From the NCBI GenBank assembly GCA_002440665.1, contig DJUX01000005.1:78846-142845 (forward strand): DNA of 64,000 nt, written 5' to 3'. Shown here one piece after another: positions 19,845 to 28,293 of the stretch. The translations under genes and the position numbers were made by a program. The notes beneath the pieces are model-generated. The model was not told the DNA's origin. It was given only the letters and a program-made list of their open reading frames with translations, and did no database searches. The stretch comes from Dechloromonas sp. UBA6271. GTDB taxonomy: Bacteria > Pseudomonadota > Gammaproteobacteria > Burkholderiales > Rhodocyclaceae. The number at the start of each line of letters is the position of its first letter. Position 1 is the first letter of the stretch.

Positions 19845-20345
19845 ATGACGACTCACGGCCTCGATCCCACCTTGCCCAGCCGGCAAATGAGCATGACCCT
19901 GCTGATGACCCCGGACATGGCCAATTTCTCGGGCAACGTGCATGGGGGTATCGTCCTGAAATTACTGGACCAGGTGGCTTATGCGTGCGCCAGTCGCTAT
20001 GCCGGAAAGTATGTCGTCACCCTGTCCGTCGATCAGGTCATGTTTCGCCAGCCGATCCATGTCGGCGAGATGGTGACGTTTCTCGCTTCGGTGAATTACA
20101 CCGGCCGGACGTCGATGGAAGTCGGCATCAAGGTCATCGCCGAGAACATCCGGACCCAGGTCTTGCGCCACGCGAACAGCTGTTTTTTCACCATGGTCGC
20201 CGTCGACGATGACGGAAAGTCCTGCGCGATTCCGCCGCTCCACCCTTCTACGGATGAAGAGCGGCGCCGTTTCGCGGCCGCCAAAATCCGCCGTGAACTG
20301 CGTGAAGAATTCGAGCAGCGCAGCCAGGCCGTCAAAGCGCGCTAG
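19845..20345 (+). CDS. Acyl-CoA thioesterase, hotdog fold (YciA/BFIT-like)
   Basis: ..LMTPDMANFSGNVHGGIVLKLLDQVAYACASRYAGKYVVTLSVDQVMFRQPIHVGE... Confidence 0.82.
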   Translation: MTTHGLDPTLPSRQMSMTLLMTPDMANFSGNVHGGIVLKLLDQVAYACASRYAGKYVVTLSVDQVMFRQPIHVGEMVTFLASVNYTGRTSMEVGIKVIAENIRTQVLRHANSCFFTMVAVDDDGKSCAIPPLHPSTDEERRRFAAAKIRRELREEFEQRSQAVKAR

Positions 20346-21142
20346 GCGGGAAGCTTCGGTTCCCCGTGCGCGCCGAGTCGCAGCGAAAGAGCCTCGGCAT
20401 GACGCTTGAGGCTCTTGATCACCTCGCCCTCCGGGCTGATGTCGAGCATCCCCTGAACGCCGACGACCAGCACCGACATCGTGATTTCGTTCTTGAAATT
20501 GAAGACCGGCGCCGCCACCGCCTCGACGCCAGCCACCTTGTGCTGGCCATTGGTCGCCGCGTAGCCTTGGGCGCGAATCTCGGCCAGCAGCGCCTCGACC
20601 GCCGCCCTGCTCTTCAGTTCCGGCGGCAATTTGGCGCTCTTCAGTTCCTCCGCAATCAGCGGGGTAACGACCTTCTTCGGCATCCAGGCGGCGAAGACAC
20701 GGCCGGCTGCCGTACTCAGCAATTCCAGGGCGGTGCCGGTGGTGACATTGACCGTGATCGGCCGGCGCGGGCGCTCCCAGCGCACGACGACCGGCCCGCG
20801 GTCGCCCCAGACGGCAAGCGCCGTCGTCTGGTTGATTTCGTCGCGCATCTCGGTAATCGCGTTCAGGCCGAGGCGGACGCGATCCAGCCGGTCGAGTGCG
20901 ACCAGGCCGAGACTGAGCGCAAAGCTGCCGAGGTCGTAACGCGAGGTCATCGGGTCCTGATCGACGAGACCGGCCCTGATCAGGCTGACCAGATAACGGT
21001 GCGCCTTGGAAGCCGGCATGTCGGCCGCCGCGGCGATCTCCTTGAGCATCATCGAGCGCTGGCCATCGGCCATGGCGCGCAGGATGCCCATGCCGATTTC
21101 CAGCGACTGGACGCCGTGTTTCCCTTCCAGTTCATCACTCAT
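20342..21142 (-). CDS. IclR-family transcriptional regulator
   Basis: N-terminal w[54 protein letters not shown] plus a C-terminal IclR effector domain. Start MSDELEG at ATG 21142. Confidence 0.88.
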   Translation of the reverse strand: MSDELEGKHGVQSLEIGMGILRAMADGQRSMMLKEIAAAADMPASKAHRYLVSLIRAGLVDQDPMTSRYDLGSFALSLGLVALDRLDRVRLGLNAITEMRDEINQTTALAVWGDRGPVVVRWERPRRPITVNVTTGTALELLSTAAGRVFAAWMPKKVVTPLIAEELKSAKLPPELKSRAAVEALLAEIRAQGYAATNGQHKVAGVEAVAAPVFNFKNEITMSVLVVGVQGMLDISPEGEVIKSLKRHAEALSLRLGAHGEPKLPA

Positions 21143-21216
21143 CGCGCCCTCTTGAATTCTGTTATAAAAAACTCGTTCCATATTACAACACAACCACCCA
21201 TGAAAAGAGCCTGCGC

Positions 21217-21834
21217 ATGAATCCGCTTCGCGTCTACGCCATCGATGGCATTGTCCCTGTCGTTGATCCCACCGCCTACGTCCATCCCAGCGCCGTGCTG
21301 ATCGGTGACGTCATCATCGGCCCCGGCTGCTACGTCGGCCCCTGCGCCAGCCTGCGCGGCGACTTCGGCCGCCTGATCCTGGAAGCCGGTGCCAACCTGC
21401 AGGACACCTGCGTCATGCACGGCTTCCCCGGCACCGATACGGTGGTCGAGGAAAACGGCCACATCGGCCACGGCGCAGTCCTGCACGGCTGCCGCATCGG
21501 CAAGAACGCACTGATCGGCATGAACGCGGTGATCATGGACAACGCGAAAATCGGCGAAGCCAGCATCGTCGCCGCCTCGGCCTTCGTCAAGGCCAGCCAG
21601 GATGTCCCGCCGCGCATGCTGGTGGCGGGCGTGCCGGCCAAGGTCATCCGCCCGCTGACGGAAGAGGAAATGCTGTGGAAGGCCGACGGCACCCGCACCT
21701 ACCAGGAACTGACCCGGCGCTGCCTGGCGACGCTGGTCGAAACGACGCCGCTGACGGCGGTCGAGGCCGGCCGCAAGCGCATCGAAATGCCGGATGTGGT
21801 CCCGCTAACTGAGCTGAAAAATCGTGGTTCCTAA
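21217..21834 (+). CDS. paaY: Phenylacetic acid degradation protein PaaY (left-handed beta-helix hexapeptide, gamma-CA-like)
   Basis: ..[50 protein letters not shown].. hexapeptide repeats, in paa context. Confidence 0.88.
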   Translation: MNPLRVYAIDGIVPVVDPTAYVHPSAVLIGDVIIGPGCYVGPCASLRGDFGRLILEAGANLQDTCVMHGFPGTDTVVEENGHIGHGAVLHGCRIGKNALIGMNAVIMDNAKIGEASIVAASAFVKASQDVPPRMLVAGVPAKVIRPLTEEEMLWKADGTRTYQELTRRCLATLVETTPLTAVEAGRKRIEMPDVVPLTELKNRGS

Positions 21835-21942
21835 CTGCCGAATTTCACCTTAATCGACCTATGCAAACCCCGGATCGCCTTTCCACCTCTTGCGGCAGCC
21901 GGCGTCGTATTACATTCGGAACCCCGCAGCGCCTCCCGAGCA

Positions 21943-22641
21943 ATGGAAAAAATCAGCTTCGCCGCCGGCCATGAATACACGCTCGCCAGCGTGCAGCGCG
22001 ATTTCGTCGAATGGCGGAAGGAGCGCACCCACTATGCCGTCTGGGCAATCGATGTCGATACGCCGGCCCTGCGCGCCGCCACCGCGGCCATGCGCACTCA
22101 TCTCGCCGACAAGCTGCTGAACGGCTACCGGCGCCAGCCCCATGTCACCCTGCATCTTTGCGGGTTCCCCTCCACCTCGCCAAGCTTCGATGACGACTAC
22201 CCCGGCACCGAACTACAACGCCAGATCGCGGCCCTGCAAGCCGCCGGCCCGGCACCGTTCACGCTGGAAATCGGCAGCCCGGCCAGCTTCACCTCGGCCG
22301 CCTATTTCTCGGTCGCCGATCACGCCGGCGGCATCTGGGCTACCCGCCATGCGCTGGCCGGAACGAAAACCCCCGACGACGGCTTTCCCTACACGCCACA
22401 CGTCACCTGCGGGCTGTATCGGGGCGAGTTTCACCTGCCGCCGCTGCTGCAACGCATGGCCGCCTGCCGCTCAGGGCTGCCCGTACAACTGGAGATCGAG
22501 CGCCTGAGCCTGATGACCTACGAAGCCGCGGTCATCGGCGGGCCGCTGACCAGCCTTTGCGAATTCGACCTCGCGACGCGGCAGGCCAAAATTCTCGACC
22601 AACCGCTGACGGAACGGCTGTTCGGCAAAATCCGGTTCTAG
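21943..22641 (+). CDS. 2H phosphoesterase superfamily protein (LigT / 2'-5' RNA ligase-like)
   Basis: Two HxT motifs in the expected pseudo-symmetric positions: PHVTLHLCG and PHVTCGLY. Confidence 0.65.
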   Translation: MEKISFAAGHEYTLASVQRDFVEWRKERTHYAVWAIDVDTPALRAATAAMRTHLADKLLNGYRRQPHVTLHLCGFPSTSPSFDDDYPGTELQRQIAALQAAGPAPFTLEIGSPASFTSAAYFSVADHAGGIWATRHALAGTKTPDDGFPYTPHVTCGLYRGEFHLPPLLQRMAACRSGLPVQLEIERLSLMTYEAAVIGGPLTSLCEFDLATRQAKILDQPLTERLFGKIRF

Positions 22642-23747
22642 CCCTGCGCCTCGCGTTCGAGCAAGGCGCGCTTGCGCTCGACACCCCAGCGATAGCCCGC
22701 CAGTCCGCCGTCGTTGCGCACCACGCGGTGGCAGGGAATCGCCACCGCCAACGCATTGGCGGCACAGGCGCCGGCCACGGCACGAACCGCCTGCGGCGCA
22801 CCAATGCGCCTGGCGATTTCGCTGTAGCTGGCCGTGGCGCCGGCGGGAATCTCGCGCAAGGCCTGCCAGACCCGCTGCTGGAAGGCGGTGCCGCGCACAT
22901 CGAGCGGCAGGTCCAGCCCCCGCCCTGGCGCCTCGACGAAACCCACCACCTGTGCAACGAGCTGCTCGAAGCCTGCATCGCCGCCGATCAGTTCGGCGCG
23001 TGGAAAGCGATCCTGCAGGTCGCGCACCAGCGCATCGGGATCGTCACCCATGAGAATGGCGCAGACACCCCGCTCGCTGGCAGCGACCAGGATGTCACCG
23101 AGCGAGCATTCGCCAACCGCAAAGCGGATTTCCATGCCGGCGCCGCCGGCGCGATAGCGGGTCGGTGTCATGCCCAGCAGCCGGTTCGACTGTTCATAAA
23201 AACGGCTGCCGGTGTTGTAGCCGGCACCGTAGATCGCCTCGGTGACCGTGGTGCTACGCGCCAGTTCGGCCCTGACCCGCCCTGCCCGCCGGGCAGATGC
23301 ATATTCCCTGGGTGTCAGGCCGGTCACCGTCTTGAAGACGCGGTGCAGGTGGTAAGTGCTGAGGCCGGCATAGTCCGCCAGTTCCTGCAGGCTGGGCGCG
23401 CGCTCGGCACTCTCGATCAGCCGGCACAGGTCGGCGACCAAGGCCGCCTGGCGTTCGGCCAGCGCCGGCCGGTCGGGCTGGCAGCGCCGGCAGGGACGAA
23501 AGCCGGCCTGCTCGGCTTCCGCCGCTGTCGCATGGAAAGCGACGTTTTCCGGGCGCGGCGTGCGCGCCGCGCAGGATGGCCGGCAATACACCCCGGTCGT
23601 GGCGACCGAGTAGAAGAATTTGCCGTCCGCTGCCGGGTCGCGAGCCAGCACAGCGGCCCAGCGGAGATCGCCGACGGTCGCCGCGGCGCGCATCGCGCTC
23701 TTTGCAGTCATCTTTCGCGCCATTCTTTCACCTGTTCCGGAAGCCAT
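22638..23747 (-). CDS. ada: Bifunctional Ada: methylphosphotriester-DNA methyltransferase/AraC activator fused to O6-methylguanine-DNA methyltransferase
   Basis: N-terminal Zn-Cys motif YCRPSCAAR..FRPCRRCQP, AraC-type HTH in the centre, C-terminal IPCHRVV active site. The start is uncertain (ATG 23747, 23723 or 23711). Confidence 0.88.
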   Translation of the reverse strand: MASGTGERMARKMTAKSAMRAAATVGDLRWAAVLARDPAADGKFFYSVATTGVYCRPSCAARTPRPENVAFHATAAEAEQAGFRPCRRCQPDRPALAERQAALVADLCRLIESAERAPSLQELADYAGLSTYHLHRVFKTVTGLTPREYASARRAGRVRAELARSTTVTEAIYGAGYNTGSRFYEQSNRLLGMTPTRYRAGGAGMEIRFAVGECSLGDILVAASERGVCAILMGDDPDALVRDLQDRFPRAELIGGDAGFEQLVAQVVGFVEAPGRGLDLPLDVRGTAFQQRVWQALREIPAGATASYSEIARRIGAPQAVRAVAGACAANALAVAIPCHRVVRNDGGLAGYRWGVERKRALLEREAQG

Positions 23748-23814
23748 GGCTGCAATCTACCGCCATGCCAGCGCCGGCGCACTCCGGATCCTGCTTTTGA
23801 ATTCGCCCACGCCT

Positions 23815-25158
23815 CTACCGCGGCATGTCGATGCCCTTGAGCTTGCGGTACATGTCGACGGCGTAGGAATCGGTCATCCCGGCGACGAAATCGGCGACCT
23901 GCAGCAGGCGCCAATAAGGGTCGGGATCGGGCTGGCCGCCATGGCCGAGGAACTGGGCCGGCAGCAGCTTGAGCAGCATGGTTTCGCGGGTAGTCAGCCG
24001 CGCCTGCCCGGCACCGGCCTCGACAGCATTGGCGAAGAGCGAGAGCAGGCCGCCGAGCACCTCGAAGCCGGCGGTTTCGATTTCCAGCGCCGGGCGGGCG
24101 TTGTAGATGGTTTCCTTGGCCAGCCGCAGGATGGCCTGCAGGGGAACGGCGACCGGCGACTGTTCGAGCAGTTCGTCGTCGAATTCCCCCTTGAGGATGG
24201 CGTCCTCGTTTTCCAGAAAGACCGCTGCGGCGCTTTCGAGCAGGCGGCCGATGGCCTTGGCGCGCAGATATTCGAGACGCTCCTTGGGGTCTTGCAGGCG
24301 CTCGAGGCGGCGGCCGCTGATGGCATTGCCGGCGAGGTCGGCGAGCAGGCACTCGGCATCCTTGTAGGGCACGAAGCCAAGACGGGCGGCATCTTCGAGA
24401 TCGACGATCAGGTAGCAGGTGTCGTCGGCCACCTCGACCAGGAAGGCCAGCGGATGGCGGCGCCAGGCGGCACCCGGAATTCGCTCGACCAGGCCGGTCG
24501 ACCGCGCCACCCGCTGAAAGGCCTCGGCATCCTGCTGGAAGAAGCCGAATTTCTTGCCGCTCTTGCCGTCGAGTTCCGCCGCGATATGCGAGGGCCGCGG
24601 ATATTTGGTAAACGTCGCCAGCACCGCGCTGGTCAGTTGCAGCCCCGGGTTGGCCGGATTCTGCAGCCGGGTGAGAATGCGGAAGCCTTGGGCGTTGCCT
24701 TCGTAACGCTCGAAGTCGGCGCGCTGCGCTGGGGTAAACGGATGCCGGTCGAGCAGGCCGGAGTTGCGGAACCACTCGCGGATGGCATCCTCACCGGCAT
24801 GGCCGAAGGGCGGGTTGCCGATGTCGTGCGCCAGGCAAGCCGCCGCGACGATGGCGCCGAAATCGCCCGATTCGACGTCGCGCAGCCCATGCCGGGCAAT
24901 GATCTCGCGGCCGACGACGGCGCCCAGCGAGCGGCCGACGCAACTCGCCTCCAGGCTGTGCGTCAGGCGGGTGCGCACGTAATCGCTTTTCGAGAGCGGA
25001 AAGACCTGCGTCTTGTCCTTCATGCGCCGGAAGGCGGAGGTGAAGACAATGCGGTCGTAGTCCTGCTGGAATGCCGTGCGCTCGGGCGTTCCCGGCACCT
25101 TGCCGGCGCCCGGCCGGTCGGCGGAGAGCAGTTTCTCCCAGATTTTTCGATTGCCCAT
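23815..25158 (-). CDS. dGTP triphosphohydrolase-like HD-domain protein
   Basis: ..FQQDYDRIVFTSAFRRMKDKTQVF..RTRLTHSLEASCVGRSLG..ACLAHDIGNPPFGHAGE (HD motif). Start MGNRKIWEKL at ATG 25158. Confidence 0.85.
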   Translation of the reverse strand: MGNRKIWEKLLSADRPGAGKVPGTPERTAFQQDYDRIVFTSAFRRMKDKTQVFPLSKSDYVRTRLTHSLEASCVGRSLGAVVGREIIARHGLRDVESGDFGAIVAAACLAHDIGNPPFGHAGEDAIREWFRNSGLLDRHPFTPAQRADFERYEGNAQGFRILTRLQNPANPGLQLTSAVLATFTKYPRPSHIAAELDGKSGKKFGFFQQDAEAFQRVARSTGLVERIPGAAWRRHPLAFLVEVADDTCYLIVDLEDAARLGFVPYKDAECLLADLAGNAISGRRLERLQDPKERLEYLRAKAIGRLLESAAAVFLENEDAILKGEFDDELLEQSPVAVPLQAILRLAKETIYNARPALEIETAGFEVLGGLLSLFANAVEAGAGQARLTTRETMLLKLLPAQFLGHGGQPDPDPYWRLLQVADFVAGMTDSYAVDMYRKLKGIDMPR

Positions 25159-25193
25159 GTGGTTCCGGATTGGCGACGTGATGGGCTGCGAGT

Positions 25194-25604
25194 TTACTCC
25201 GCTTCGATCAGCGCACGCACATGGTCGGGCAAGGGCACCGACTTGCCGGTCTGGGTATCCATCCACACCATCTTGGCCGCGCCTTCGGCATAGATGCGGT
25301 CATCACCGACGATGCGCATTTCGACATAGGTCGGGACACTGGAGCGACCCGCATGGCCGGCATAGGTACGCACCTCGACCGTGCCCGGATAATTCATCGG
25401 CATCAGGAAAGTGCAGCTGGCATTGACGATGACCGGGCCGGCCCCGCCGGGGCGAACCGGCACATTCATGCCCTCGCTCCACTCGACGCGAGCCTGCTCC
25501 ATGAAGCGGAAATAAACGGTATTGTTGACATGTCCGTAGGCATCCACGTCGCCCCAGCGGATGGCCATCTGCGTGACGTGGACGAGTTTCTTCCTGTGTT
25601 CCAT
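25194..25604 (-). CDS. 4HBT/YbgC-like acyl-CoA thioesterase
   Basis: ..IRWGDVDAYGHVNNTVYFRFMEQARVEW.., a typical 4HBT motif. Confidence 0.82.
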   Translation of the reverse strand: MEHRKKLVHVTQMAIRWGDVDAYGHVNNTVYFRFMEQARVEWSEGMNVPVRPGGAGPVIVNASCTFLMPMNYPGTVEVRTYAGHAGRSSVPTYVEMRIVGDDRIYAEGAAKMVWMDTQTGKSVPLPDHVRALIEAE

Positions 25605-25693
25605 GAGACCACTCTTTTCGGGGGGTTGCTGAATAGGTTTCCATACTGTACCGTATTGTCAACAGCGTCACAAATAAATCAAGAGGAGACATC

Positions 25694-27340
25694 ATGGAAC
25701 GCGAAGCAATGGAATTTGACGTCGTCATCGTCGGTGGCGGCCCGGCCGGCCTGGCATCGGCGATTCGCCTGAAGCAACTGGCGGCAGAAAAAGGCGCGGA
25801 CCTCGCCGTCTGCCTGATCGAGAAAGGCGCCGAAATCGGTGCCCATATCCTGTCCGGCGCCGTCATGGACCCGCGCGCCCTGACTGAACTGCTGCCCAAC
25901 TGGAAAGAAGACGGCGCCCCGCTCAATGCGCCGGTTTCCGAAGACCGCTTCTTCATCCTTTCCGAAGACGGCGCCACCAAGATACCCAACAGCCTGCTGC
26001 CCAAGTGCTTCCACAACGAGGGCAACTACGTCATCTCGCTCGGCAACGTCTGCCGCTGGCTGGGCGAGCAGGCCGAAGCGCTCGGCGTCGAGATCTACCC
26101 CGGCTTTGCCGGTGCCGAGGTACTGTTCGACGAGAACGGCGCCGTCAAGGGCGTCGCCACCGGCGACATGGGCCGCCTGCACGATGGCTCGGAAGGACCG
26201 AATTTCCAGCTCGGGATGGAACTGCATGGCAAATACACCTTCTTCGCCGAAGGCTGCCGCGGCCATCTCGGCAAGCAGCTGATGGCGCAGTTCAACCTGA
26301 ACGACGGCGCCGATCCGCAAACCTACGGCATCGGCCTCAAGGAACTCTGGGAAATCCCGCCGGAAAGCCACCAGCTCGGCCTCGTCGTCCATAGCGGCGG
26401 CTGGCCGATGGCTTCCGATACCTACGGCGGCGGCTTTCTCTATCATCTGGAAAACAATCAGGTCGCCGTTGGCTTCGTCGTCGGCCTCGGCTACAGCAAC
26501 CCGCACCTCGCCCCGTTCGAGGAATTCCAGCGCTTCAAGACGCACCCGGAAATCCGCAAGTTCCTCGAAGGTGGCAAGCGCATCGCCTATGGCGCCCGCG
26601 CACTGACTGCCGGTGGCATCCAGTCGCTGCCCAAGCTGGTTTTCCCCGGCGGCGTGCTGGTTGGCGACGATGCCGGCTTTCTCAACGCGGCGCGCATCAA
26701 GGGCTCGCACTGCGCGATCAAGAGCGGCATGCTGGCCGCCGAAGCCTGTTTCGACGCGCTGGGCGGCGAACGCCAGCGCGACGAGTTGGCAGCCTATCCG
26801 GAAGCGTTCAGGAACAGCTGGCTGTATGAAGAACTGCATCAGACCCGCAACTTCAAGCCGTGGATGAACAAGGGCCTGAAACTGGGCTCGATCATGTTCG
26901 GCATCGACCAGATCGTCTTCGGCGGCAAGGCGCCGTGGACCCTGCACAACAGGAAAGCCGACCACGACAAGCTCAAGCTGGCAGCCGAATGTTCGCCGAT
27001 CGTCTACCCGAAGCCGGATGGCGTGTTAACCTTCGACCGCCTGTCGTCGGTCTTCCTGTCCAGCACCAATCACGAGGAAGACCAGCCCTGCCATCTGCAG
27101 TTGAAGGATGCGGCGGTGCCGATCACCGTCAATCTGGCCAGGTACGATGCGCCGGAGCAGCGTTTCTGCCCGGCCGGCGTCTATGAGATCCTGCGCGATG
27201 AACAGGGCAACAACCCGCGCCTGCAGATCAACGCGCAGAACTGCGTGCATTGCAAGACCTGCGACATCAAGGATCCGACCCAGAATATCAACTGGGTGAC
27301 ACCCCAGGGCGGCGAAGGGCCGACCTATCCGAACATGTGA
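25694..27340 (+). CDS. Electron-transfer flavoprotein:ubiquinone oxidoreductase
   Basis: FDVVIVGGGPAGLASAIRL (FAD), C-terminal ..FCPAGVYE..INAQNCVHCKTCDIKDP..INW..PQGGEGPTYPNM (4Fe-4S and ETF-QO tail). Confidence 0.92.
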   Translation: MEREAMEFDVVIVGGGPAGLASAIRLKQLAAEKGADLAVCLIEKGAEIGAHILSGAVMDPRALTELLPNWKEDGAPLNAPVSEDRFFILSEDGATKIPNSLLPKCFHNEGNYVISLGNVCRWLGEQAEALGVEIYPGFAGAEVLFDENGAVKGVATGDMGRLHDGSEGPNFQLGMELHGKYTFFAEGCRGHLGKQLMAQFNLNDGADPQTYGIGLKELWEIPPESHQLGLVVHSGGWPMASDTYGGGFLYHLENNQVAVGFVVGLGYSNPHLAPFEEFQRFKTHPEIRKFLEGGKRIAYGARALTAGGIQSLPKLVFPGGVLVGDDAGFLNAARIKGSHCAIKSGMLAAEACFDALGGERQRDELAAYPEAFRNSWLYEELHQTRNFKPWMNKGLKLGSIMFGIDQIVFGGKAPWTLHNRKADHDKLKLAAECSPIVYPKPDGVLTFDRLSSVFLSSTNHEEDQPCHLQLKDAAVPITVNLARYDAPEQRFCPAGVYEILRDEQGNNPRLQINAQNCVHCKTCDIKDPTQNINWVTPQGGEGPTYPNM

Positions 27341-27383
27341 TGCTTTATAATCGGCGGGCTAAACCCTCCAGGGAGAACATCAA

Positions 27384-28181
27384 ATGGGCTTTCTCGCCGA
27401 CAAGAAGATTCTGATCACCGGGCTGCTGTCCAAGCATTCCATCGCCTACGGCATCGCCAAGGCCTGCCACCGCGAAGGCGCGCAGCTGGCCTTCACCTAC
27501 CAGTCCGAGCGCTTCGAGGACCGGATCAAGAAGTTCGCTGCCGAATTCGGCAGCGACATCACCATTCCGCTCGATGTCAGCAGCGACGAGCAGATCGACA
27601 ACCTGTTCGCCGAACTCGGCAAGCGCTGGGACGGCCTCGACGGCCTGGTGCATTCCATCGCCTACGCGCCAACCGAGGCCATCGAGGGCGATTTCCTGAA
27701 CGGCATTTCGCGCGACGCCTTTCGCATCGCCCATGATATTTCGTCGTACAGTTACGCCGCGCTGGCCAAGGGAGCACGCCCGCTGATGCAAGGCCGCAAG
27801 GCTTCCCTGCTCGCCCTCTCCTACCTCGGCGCCGAGCGCACCATGCCCAACTACAACACCATGGGCCTGGCCAAGGCCAGCCTCGAAGCGGCGACCCGCT
27901 ACCTGGCCTTCTGCCTTGGCCCCGAAGGCATTCGCGCCAACGCCATCTCGGCCGGCCCGATCAAGACCCTGGCCGCCTCCGGCATCGGCAACTTCGGCAA
28001 GCTGCTCGCCTACAACTCGCACAATGCCCCGTTGCGCCGCAACGTGACCATCGACGAAGTCGGCAACGCCGCCGCCTTCATGCTCTCCGATCTGGCCAGC
28101 GGCATCACCGGCGAAATCATGTACGTCGATGGCGGCATGAACACCACGGCACTGGGCAACGCGGACCCGCTGCCCGCCTGA
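27384..28181 (+). CDS. fabI: Enoyl-[acyl-carrier-protein] reductase (NADH)
   Basis: [51 protein letters not shown] (Y-x6-K).. Confidence 0.92.
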   Translation: MGFLADKKILITGLLSKHSIAYGIAKACHREGAQLAFTYQSERFEDRIKKFAAEFGSDITIPLDVSSDEQIDNLFAELGKRWDGLDGLVHSIAYAPTEAIEGDFLNGISRDAFRIAHDISSYSYAALAKGARPLMQGRKASLLALSYLGAERTMPNYNTMGLAKASLEAATRYLAFCLGPEGIRANAISAGPIKTLAASGIGNFGKLLAYNSHNAPLRRNVTIDEVGNAAAFMLSDLASGITGEIMYVDGGMNTTALGNADPLPA

Positions 28182-28185
28182 TCGA

Positions 28186-28210
28186 CTGCTGCGGTCGACC
28201 CGCAAAAAGG
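28186..28210 (+). repeat. REP-like element copy: CTGCTGCGGTCGACCCGCAAAAAGG
   Basis: Sits 5 nt after the fabI stop. GTCGAC-centred palindrome followed by an A-run. See the repeat finding. Confidence 0.5.
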
Positions 28211-28220
28211 CACGAAAATG

Positions 28221-28260
28221 AAAAACGCCGACCGGCATAACCGGTCGGCGTTTTGTTTTT
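28221..28260. terminator. Bidirectional rho-independent terminator between convergent fabI and ppiD
   Basis: AAAAACGCCGACCGG-cataa-CCGGTCGGCGTTTTGTTTTT: an 11-12 bp GC stem flanked by an A-run and a T-run. Confidence 0.85.
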
Positions 28261-28293
28261 GGTACTGTGCGGGAGGCTGTCGCCAGCCCCGCC

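Noticed and set aside
23748-23814. Ada-box-like sequence (AAT-N6-GCA, in AATTCAAAAGCAGG on the minus strand) upstream of ada
   Set aside because: The match is short and degenerate, and I cannot score it without a matrix. Too weak to annotate.
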